Source of the DNA: a virus
Length of the DNA stretch: 64,000 nucleotides
IMG/VR virus record: IMGVR_UViG_3300020198_000002
Coordinates: 52,602-116,601 of that record
Strand: one strand, 5' to 3'
Below are positions 56,761 through 64,000 of this stretch, piece by piece. Position 1 is the first letter of the stretch; the number at the start of each line of letters is the position of its first letter. The position numbers and the translations under genes were made by a program. The notes beneath the pieces were generated by a model, which saw only the letters and a list, made by a program, of their open reading frames with translations, did no database searches and was not told the origin of the DNA.

Positions 56761-57189
56761 ATGTTTTCTCAAGGTCCAAAAATAGCGGTGCTCGAATCTA
56801 AACTCAGCATCTATGAGGATTTGTCTCGTGAAATGTTGGCTAAATTGGAAACGGCAGTCGATAAGATTTCCGAAGGCAATTCTCGCATTGCCACAATTCT
56901 TGCAAAACATGACGAAAGAATTGAACAAAGTATTAAGACAGATGAACTGATCGTCAAAATGATTGATGAGATGAAAGAAAATAATGATAAAGAACATTTA
57001 GAAATATCAAAAAAGTTTGAAAAAATAGACGCTAAAATAGACGACTTAGCAAAGTTTAGATGGCAAGCGGGCGGGGTAATTGCAGTTTCTTTAGTATTAA
57101 TAGGTTCTATGAATATCTTCCTTCCAAAATCAATTGACAGTAATAGTGTAAACGGGTATAATAGATCTACTGAGATTAAACAACCTTAA
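56761..57189 (+). CDS. Coiled-coil protein with C-terminal transmembrane helix
   Basis: LAKHDERIE, KFRW followed by hydrophobic segment. Confidence 0.75.
   Translation: MFSQGPKIAVLESKLSIYEDLSREMLAKLETAVDKISEGNSRIATILAKHDERIEQSIKTDELIVKMIDEMKENNDKEHLEISKKFEKIDAKIDDLAKFRWQAGGVIAVSLVLIGSMNIFLPKSIDSNSVNGYNRSTEIKQP
57134..57162 (+). promoter_or_regulatory. Perfect sigma70 promoter for primase-nrdA-nrdB, inside the upstream CDS
   Basis: TTGACA-N17-TATAAT ending 29 nt before the primase ATG. Confidence 0.8.
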
Positions 57190-57191
57190 CG

Positions 57192-58196
57192 ATGAATTTT
57201 ATTGATGACAAATACGTTAGTTTAATTTCATCTAAGTTTCAAAAATTTTCAAAAAAGAAATCTGGACTCTACAATTTCAGGTGTCCATATTGTGGAGATT
57301 CGCAAAAATATAAGAATAAAGCTAGAGGTTATCTTTACTTAGTAAAGAACGATCTTAATTTTAAGTGTCATAATTGTGGAGTAACAAAAACATTTGCTAA
57401 TTTTTTGAAGGATCAGGATGTTCTTGCGTATGATCAATACGTGATGGAAAGATATAAGAATGGATTAACTGGAAGAAGAACTAATACCCCAAAACCAAAA
57501 TTTAATTTTGAGAAACCAGTTTTTTTGGAGAAGAAAAAAGTATTCGATCTACCAAAAATATCAGAACTAAATAAAGAACATCCCGCTCGAATATACTTAG
57601 AACAGAATAGACAACTTCCTCTGAAAATACTGGAAGAATTGTATTACTGTCAAAATTTTAAGGAGTGGACTAATGCTCAAAAATACACCTTTGAAAACAC
57701 TTATAATGATGAACCACGTATTATTATTCCATTCAAAGACAAACAAGGTAACCTCTTCGGATATCAAGGCAGATCGCTCGTCCCTACGGCAAAACTAAGA
57801 TACATCACGATCATGCTAGATGAGGAACAACCTAAAATTTTTGGACTTGATAAAGTCAAAGAAAATGAACCAATTTATATTGTAGAAGGACCATTCGATG
57901 CTACGTTCTTGGAAAACTCTGTTGCTATGGCTGGGTCCGACGCTGATGTTAGGACGTTTGGTTGGAGCAATTATATTTGGGTTTTTGATAATGAACCACG
58001 TAACAGAGAAATCATCAACAGGATCTCCAAAGTCATCGACCGAGGAGATCAGATAGTTATTTGGCCTGAAACAATTAGAGAAAAAGATATCAATGATATG
58101 GTCCTTACTGGACTTGATATTATGGACATATTGAAAACCAATGTCTATAAAGGATTAACGGCAAAGTTAAAATTACAAACCTGGAAAAGAATATGA
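57192..58196 (+). CDS. gp61: DNA primase gp61
   Basis: NFRCPYCGDS...KARG..CHNC zinc finger, VEGPFD, FDNEPRN, KDIND. Confidence 0.97.
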   Translation: MNFIDDKYVSLISSKFQKFSKKKSGLYNFRCPYCGDSQKYKNKARGYLYLVKNDLNFKCHNCGVTKTFANFLKDQDVLAYDQYVMERYKNGLTGRRTNTPKPKFNFEKPVFLEKKKVFDLPKISELNKEHPARIYLEQNRQLPLKILEELYYCQNFKEWTNAQKYTFENTYNDEPRIIIPFKDKQGNLFGYQGRSLVPTAKLRYITIMLDEEQPKIFGLDKVKENEPIYIVEGPFDATFLENSVAMAGSDADVRTFGWSNYIWVFDNEPRNREIINRISKVIDRGDQIVIWPETIREKDINDMVLTGLDIMDILKTNVYKGLTAKLKLQTWKRI

Positions 58197-60493
58197 GTAA
58201 CGGAATTAAAGTTGTCAAGAGAAATAATAGTGTAGAATCCCTTGATCTCGATAAGTTGCATTTGATGGTTGATGCTGCTTGTGATGGCCTTGCGGGAGTT
58301 TCCGCATCGCAAGTTGAAATTAATTCTGGAATTCAGTTTTATGATGGGATCACTACGGCAGAAATTCAAGAAATTTTGATTCGATCCGCATCCGATCTAA
58401 TTGATTTGGATCATCCTAATTATCAGTATGTGGCTGCTAGACTTCTTTTGTTTGCCCTGAGGAAAAGTTTGTTCGGTAGAATGAGAGAAGTTCAGGATTT
58501 ATCTACTTTGATTAAACTTGGTGTTGAAAAGAATATCTATGATAAAGATATTCTTAAGAAATACACGGAAGAAGAAATTGAAAGAGTAAATAGTTTTGTA
58601 GACCATGATCGTGATTTTTTGTTTACGTATGCTGGATTGAGACAAATCGTAGATAAGTATTTGGTTCAAGACCGAAGTAGTGGCAAAGTTTACGAAACAC
58701 CACAGTTAATGTATATTTTGATTGCGATGACAATCTTTGCCGAGTATCCTACAGAAATAAGACTTTCATATGTAAAAAGATACTATGACGCAATCTCAAA
58801 ACACAAAATCAACATTCCCACGCCCATCATGGCAGGAGTGCGAACGCCACTTAGACAATTCGCTAGCTGTGTTCTTGTTGATGTTGATGACACCCTCGAT
58901 AGTATCTTTAGTAGCGATATGGCTATTGGCAGGTATGTTGCACAAAGGGCGGGCATCGGTATCAACGCAGGTCGCATCAGGGGCATCAACTCTAAAATAC
59001 GAGGTGGTGAAGTCCAGCACACTGGCGTTATACCGTTTCTCAAAAAGTTTGAAGCAACTGTCCGTTGCTGTACGCAAAATGGCATACGAGGCGGAAGCGC
59101 AACAGTACACTTCCCAATCTGGCACAAAGAAATCGAAGATATCTTAGTCCTAAAAAATAATAAAGGAACTGAAGATAACCGAGTTCGTAAGTTAGACTAC
59201 AGTATTCAAATTAGTAAACTGTTCTATGAACGTTTCATTCAGGACACAGAAATCACACTCTTCTCACCACATGATGTTCCTGGTCTGTATGATGCTTTTG
59301 GTACTCCTGGATTTGATGAGTTATATGTGGGTTATGAACAAGATGCATCTGTTCCAAGAAAGACTATCCGAGCTCAAGAACTTATCCTTGACCTCCTAAA
59401 AGAGAGAGCAGAGACTGGGCGCATCTATATCATGAACCTTGACCACTGTAACTCACACTCGTCATTCTTAGACAAGGTAAATATGAGTAACCTGTGTCAA
59501 GAGATTACACTCCCCACAGATCCAATCCAACATATTGATGGTGAAGGTGAAATTGCTTTGTGTATTCTATCTGCTATCAACGTTGGCAGGATCAAACACT
59601 TAGATGAACTAGAAGAACTCTGCGACCTTTCTGTTCGTGGACTAGAAGAATTGATTGACTATCAGAAATATCCTGTCAAAGCTGCTAGGTTGTCAACTCT
59701 CAATCGTCGTTCTCTTGGTGTTGGTTATATTGGTTTAGCACATTACTTAGCACGTCAAGGAGAACACTACGATGACCCCAACGCATGGCAACTCGTCCAT
59801 GACCTTACTGAAGCTTTCCAGTACTATCTTCTCAAGTCCTCCAATCAAATCGCAAAAGAAAAAGGTGCCTGTGGATATTTCAATCGCACAAAATACTCTC
59901 AAGGTATCCTCCCAATCGACACTTACAAGCGTGATGTCGATGAAATCTGTGATCCAACTTTGAAGTATGATTGGGAAACTTTACGTGCCAACATTCAGGC
60001 ACATGGTTTACGACATTCAACACTGTCCGCACAGATGCCATCGGAAAGCAGTTCCGTGGTGTCAAATGCGACAAACGGAATTGAACCACCCCGTGATTAC
60101 TTGTCCGTTAAGAAGTCGAAGAAAGGTCCTCTCAAGCAGGTTGTCCCACAGTATTCAAGTCTTAAAAACAACTATACGTTGCTGTGGGATATGCCTGGGA
60201 ATACTGGTTATATTAATGTTGTTGCTGTTATGCAAAAGTTCTTTGATCAAGCGATTTCTGGAAACTGGTCCTATAATCCAGAACATTACCCAGATAATGA
60301 AGTTCCTACTTCGGTAATGGCACAAGACTTTCTGAATACTTACAAGTATGGATGGAAGACTTCTTATTATCAAAATACATACGACATCAAAAATGATGAA
60401 CCAGTAACAGAAGAACAAAAAAAATCAATCCAAGATTTATTAGACGACATTTTCAACACCCAGGAGGAAGACTGTGACAGCTGTAAGATTTAG
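58193..60493 (+). CDS. nrdA: Class Ia ribonucleotide reductase alpha subunit
   Basis: ATP cone VVKR, PTPIMAGVRTP.RQFASC, SNLCQEI, C-terminal CDSC. Confidence 0.98.
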   Translation: MSNGIKVVKRNNSVESLDLDKLHLMVDAACDGLAGVSASQVEINSGIQFYDGITTAEIQEILIRSASDLIDLDHPNYQYVAARLLLFALRKSLFGRMREVQDLSTLIKLGVEKNIYDKDILKKYTEEEIERVNSFVDHDRDFLFTYAGLRQIVDKYLVQDRSSGKVYETPQLMYILIAMTIFAEYPTEIRLSYVKRYYDAISKHKINIPTPIMAGVRTPLRQFASCVLVDVDDTLDSIFSSDMAIGRYVAQRAGIGINAGRIRGINSKIRGGEVQHTGVIPFLKKFEATVRCCTQNGIRGGSATVHFPIWHKEIEDILVLKNNKGTEDNRVRKLDYSIQISKLFYERFIQDTEITLFSPHDVPGLYDAFGTPGFDELYVGYEQDASVPRKTIRAQELILDLLKERAETGRIYIMNLDHCNSHSSFLDKVNMSNLCQEITLPTDPIQHIDGEGEIALCILSAINVGRIKHLDELEELCDLSVRGLEELIDYQKYPVKAARLSTLNRRSLGVGYIGLAHYLARQGEHYDDPNAWQLVHDLTEAFQYYLLKSSNQIAKEKGACGYFNRTKYSQGILPIDTYKRDVDEICDPTLKYDWETLRANIQAHGLRHSTLSAQMPSESSSVVSNATNGIEPPRDYLSVKKSKKGPLKQVVPQYSSLKNNYTLLWDMPGNTGYINVVAVMQKFFDQAISGNWSYNPEHYPDNEVPTSVMAQDFLNTYKYGWKTSYYQNTYDIKNDEPVTEEQKKSIQDLLDDIFNTQEEDCDSCKI

Positions 60494-61655
60494 AACTACG
60501 GATAATCATATGCACGTTGAAGGAATGACGGTATTCAATACCGCAAAGGTAGACAATACAAAACAGAAGATGTTCTTTGGACCTCCTCTTGGGGTCCAAC
60601 GTTATGATAAGTTCAAGTATCCTGTGTTTGACAAACTAACACAGCAACAACTTGGATACTTCTGGAGACCTGAAGAAGTCTCACTTCAAAAGGATCGTGC
60701 TGACTATCATACGCTCAACGCAGCACAAAAACATATCTTTACTTCTAATCTGAAGTATCAGATCTTACTTGACAGTGTTCAGGGTCGTGGTCCTGGCATG
60801 GCATTTATGCCCTACTGCTCGCTTCCAGAGCTAGAAGGTGCCATGAACATCTGGCAGACGATGGAGATGGTTCACAGTCGCTCCTATACGCATATCATCA
60901 AGAATGTATATGCTGATCCGTCTGAAGTGTTTGATACAATTTTGGATGATGACAAGATCCTTCAACGTGCTCAATCTGTAACTCGCTCATACGATGAATT
61001 CCTTCAAGCAGCAATAGAGTGGGGAGCAGGGAACCAGTGGCAACATGAATTGGAAGGAACACCAGCAGCAAAAGAAACATTATATGACCTCAAAAGAAAA
61101 CTATATCGAGCAGTTGCTAACGTATATATCCTCGAAGGAATTCGGTTCTACGTATCGTTTGCCTGCTCTTTCGCTTTTGGAGAACTTAAACTCCTGGAAG
61201 GAAGTGCAAAGATCATCGGACTGATTGCTAGAGATGAAAGTCAACACATGACAATCACTCAAAACATTCTCAACAAATGGAAAGAAGGTGACGATCCTGA
61301 CATGGTAACGATTGCCAAGGAAGAACAAGAAAGTGTTTATCAAATGTTTAGAGAGTGTGTCGAAGAAGAAAAGCTATGGGCAGAATATCTGTTCAAAGAT
61401 GGTAGCATTATTGGTTTGAATGATAAACTACTTGCCAAGTACGTTGAATGGACTGCCAATCGTCGTCTCAAATCAATCGGTCTCAAGGCAATCTTTGATA
61501 CTCCTATCATCAATAACCCACTACCTTGGACTGAACACTGGTTGTCATCCAAAGGTATGCAGGTTGCTCCGCAAGAAACAGAAGTAGAATCATACCTTAT
61601 TGGGAGTATAAAGCAAGATGTTAAGAAAGATACTTTCGCTGGTTTCAAACTATGA
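60474..61655 (+). CDS. nrdB: Ribonucleotide reductase beta subunit
   Basis: FWRPEEV, LDSVQGR, EMVHSRSY, LEGIRFY.SF, RDESQH, APQETE. Confidence 0.98.
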   Translation: MTAVRFRTTDNHMHVEGMTVFNTAKVDNTKQKMFFGPPLGVQRYDKFKYPVFDKLTQQQLGYFWRPEEVSLQKDRADYHTLNAAQKHIFTSNLKYQILLDSVQGRGPGMAFMPYCSLPELEGAMNIWQTMEMVHSRSYTHIIKNVYADPSEVFDTILDDDKILQRAQSVTRSYDEFLQAAIEWGAGNQWQHELEGTPAAKETLYDLKRKLYRAVANVYILEGIRFYVSFACSFAFGELKLLEGSAKIIGLIARDESQHMTITQNILNKWKEGDDPDMVTIAKEEQESVYQMFRECVEEEKLWAEYLFKDGSIIGLNDKLLAKYVEWTANRRLKSIGLKAIFDTPIINNPLPWTEHWLSSKGMQVAPQETEVESYLIGSIKQDVKKDTFAGFKL

Positions 61656-61774
61656 GAAAAAGAGAAATAGAAAAACTACAGAAACTCCTAAAGGAGGGTC
61701 CGAAAAGTCTATCTCAAGCGTGGATACTAGCGGCACTCAAAAGAAAATTCCAGACCCCTGGTTCAACTGAATAG
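61652..61774 (+). CDS. Small basic hypothetical protein (40 aa)
   Basis: Read by hand: LLKEGPKSLSQAWILAAL; ATGA overlap with the nrdB stop. Confidence 0.55.
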   Translation: MRKREIEKLQKLLKEGPKSLSQAWILAALKRKFQTPGSTE

Positions 61775-61812
61775 ATAAATACCAATAGTGTGTATTGATG
61801 TATTAAAATAAA

Positions 61813-64000
61813 ATGTCTAAACAGGTCATCAATACTGGTTCGGTCCCCAATGATAATACTGGTGATACTTTAAGACAAGGTGCCACAAAGGTAAATGCAA
61901 ACTTTACTGAAATTTATAGTACCTTTGGTGATGGCACTACTTTAAATGCATTTCCCAGCAACTCTGGTTACGCTAATACTGCGGGAGTATCTTCATACTC
62001 TTCTAGATCTGGTGTTGCGACTTACTCCTCGGTTTCTGGGGTTTCTACAAACTCAGTATATTTTAATAATCAACTTCCAGCATACTACTTAAATTATCAA
62101 AATCACACGAATACGCCTCAATTTTTATCGCAATTTGCCAATAACGTAGGATTTATTACTTCCACTGTTGGTCAAAATGGTTTTGTTTGCGGTGGAATCT
62201 TAACTGCAACTACTTATAGAGGCGATGGATCTCAATTAACTGGTATTGCAACTGCTACGTCAACTGGGGTCCTTCAAGCTCAAATTAATGCTCTCGGTAC
62301 AAATCTAAACATCGTTGGTTTTTATGATGCCACTTTAGGTATTGTTACGGGATTAACAATTGTTGGACAGGGTAGAACATATATTGGTCTCGGCCAAACT
62401 CTTGCATCAGTTGGTATTGTAACTGGTGATTATTTTATTGTATCTATTGGTGGAACAGAAGTTGGAATTTCAACGTACTCTAATCCAGGAATTTCCAGTG
62501 TGTATTCTGGAGACTGGATTGTTGGTATAAGTAGTACAAAGTGGTCTATTCTTTCTTATTCGCAACAAGTTGTAGCTCCCAGGGCAACAAGATCCGACTA
62601 CGCAAAGACATTAGATTCGGATTCGAGTGTCAATACTTCTGGGATTATTACTGCATCTGAATTTTGGGGAAACGGTGGAGCGTTAACCAATCTTACTTCC
62701 GCTTCTTCGGGTACGTATGGTAATTCATATACCGTACCTCAAATTCAAGTTAATAATCAAGGAAAGATTACTAATATTTCTAACGTTGCAATTGCTCTTA
62801 CGGATATTGGAGCTGGTATTGGAACTGTATATTGGAATAAAGGTTTTACTGGAATATCAACTACTTCCAATGTTGGTATTGGCACAGAAATTGTAACAGA
62901 AGCGTTGGAAGTATATGGCAGTATTAAAATTACTCCGTTTTCATCTGGTGCTATAAAACTTTCCAATTCTACACAGATTCAATTTGGATCTAGTAATAAT
63001 GCAGATATTTTCTTTGATGGTTCTGATTTTAAATTTCTGTCCGATAGTAGATTTACATTTACCAGTTCATCTGATACTTTAGCAAATTTTAATCCCAATG
63101 GATCCATTGAATTGTATTATGATAATAACAAAAAACTTGAAACAATAGGCGCTGGAGTCACAGTCATTGGTTCTCTATATGCAAATCAATTTTTTGGTAA
63201 TGGATCTGCGTTAACGGGTGTTGTTACTAGTATCAATTCTGGAGCAAATATATCAATCGTTCGTTCGGGTGGTATAGTAGAAATAAGTGCTTCTGGCAGC
63301 AGTGGTGGTGGAACAGCATCATGGGGATTTAGCACATCAACGGGAATTGGTACTACTTCCAATGTCGGCATTGGCACAACCATTCCAACATCTACTCTTA
63401 CGGTTAGGGGCAATTCCAATATTACTGGTACTTTAATAGTTGGCGGATTGTCAGTAACTGGAGTAACCACACTATCTTCTGGTAGAATACAAATACCAGG
63501 AACTTCTAATATAAAAATTGGTAATAGTGCTTTAGGTTCATCAACAGCGTCTGTACGAAATATTGGTATTGGTGATCTAAGTTTAAATTCTGTTACGGGT
63601 GGATTAGGACATAACATTGGTTTTGGTGAATTTAGTTTATATGGAGTTCTTAATGGATCATATAATTTGGCACTTGGAGACCGTTCTGGTCAAGAGTTGG
63701 TTGACGGATCTTACAATGTAATTCTTGGTTCTTTTAGTGGAAAGTCACCCACTCTGGATATTAGTCAATCCAATAGCAATATTGTTATTTCTGATGGTCA
63801 AGGAAATGTTCGCCAGTATATCAATTCAAGTGGCAATGTTGGTATTAAGACCACAATAGTTAAAGAAGCACTTACAGTTGCTGGTGTTGTATCTGCTACA
63901 AGTTTTTACGGAACACTCAATGCATCACAATTAACTGGATCACTTCCTGCAATTGATGGATCTGCATTAACAGGAGTTACCGCCGTTGGATCTGGTGTAG
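61813..64000 (+). CDS. Fibre/baseplate-type structural protein with gp9/gp10-like N-terminus (runs off window)
   Basis: MSKQVINTGSVPNDNTGDTLRQGATKVNANFTEIY; repeated G(D/N)GS.LTG and STTSNVGIGT motifs; ATAAATA at 61775; missing from the ORF track because no stop falls in the window. Confidence 0.85.
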   Translation, partial: MSKQVINTGSVPNDNTGDTLRQGATKVNANFTEIYSTFGDGTTLNAFPSNSGYANTAGVSSYSSRSGVATYSSVSGVSTNSVYFNNQLPAYYLNYQNHTNTPQFLSQFANNVGFITSTVGQNGFVCGGILTATTYRGDGSQLTGIATATSTGVLQAQINALGTNLNIVGFYDATLGIVTGLTIVGQGRTYIGLGQTLASVGIVTGDYFIVSIGGTEVGISTYSNPGISSVYSGDWIVGISSTKWSILSYSQQVVAPRATRSDYAKTLDSDSSVNTSGIITASEFWGNGGALTNLTSASSGTYGNSYTVPQIQVNNQGKITNISNVAIALTDIGAGIGTVYWNKGFTGISTTSNVGIGTEIVTEALEVYGSIKITPFSSGAIKLSNSTQIQFGSSNNADIFFDGSDFKFLSDSRFTFTSSSDTLANFNPNGSIELYYDNNKKLETIGAGVTVIGSLYANQFFGNGSALTGVVTSINSGANISIVRSGGIVEISASGSSGGGTASWGFSTSTGIGTTSNVGIGTTIPTSTLTVRGNSNITGTLIVGGLSVTGVTTLSSGRIQIPGTSNIKIGNSALGSSTASVRNIGIGDLSLNSVTGGLGHNIGFGEFSLYGVLNGSYNLALGDRSGQELVDGSYNVILGSFSGKSPTLDISQSNSNIVISDGQGNVRQYINSSGNVGIKTTIVKEALTVAGVVSATSFYGTLNASQLTGSLPAIDGSALTGVTAVGSGV

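Noticed and set aside
40473-61655. Introns or inteins in gp43, gp41, nrdA, nrdB
   Set aside because: All are uninterrupted and of normal length with no splicing motifs
1-64000. tRNA genes, stop-codon reassignment, photosynthesis genes
   Set aside because: No cloverleaf seen in the short intergenic gaps by eye (tRNAscan not run); core genes are full length in the standard code; no psbA or hli in this window

Overview
A 64-kb, AT-rich, almost wholly + strand segment of a T4-like myovirus. Gene order and content (cobS-like AAA with a peptidase/vWA partner, hsp20, mazG, speD, many 2OG-Fe(II) oxygenases, halogenase-like genes) point to a T4-like cyanophage (Kyanoviridae-like), although no photosynthesis gene lies in the window to confirm the host. 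Order: (i) 1-5.8 kb accessory cluster with a halogenase C-terminus, four 2OG-Fe(II) oxygenase-like genes and an NDP-heptose-like module; (ii) neck, terminase, tail and head genes gp13-gp23, gp3; (iii) uvsY, uvsW, gp55, gp47, gp46; (iv) replication block gp45, gp44, gp62, regA, gp43, uvsX, gp41, interleaved with single-gene insertions (oxygenases, denV-like, DUF4338/DruA-like, speD); (v) a late-promoter-dense block of probable virion/internal proteins; (vi) primase, nrdA, nrdB and the start of a gp9/gp10-like fibre gene. No tRNA, CRISPR, intron or intein was seen. Best leads: a heptose pathway possibly using non-canonical isomerase and phosphatase, a ROSE-like RNA thermometer on phage hsp20, a perfect antisense sigma70 promoter back-to-back with the gp55 promoter, two palindrome plus -10 promoters with identical spacing, capsid-targeting-like leaders on a nucleotidyltransferase, and a DruA-like/speD pair. 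All product calls come from motif recognition and synteny, not database searches.
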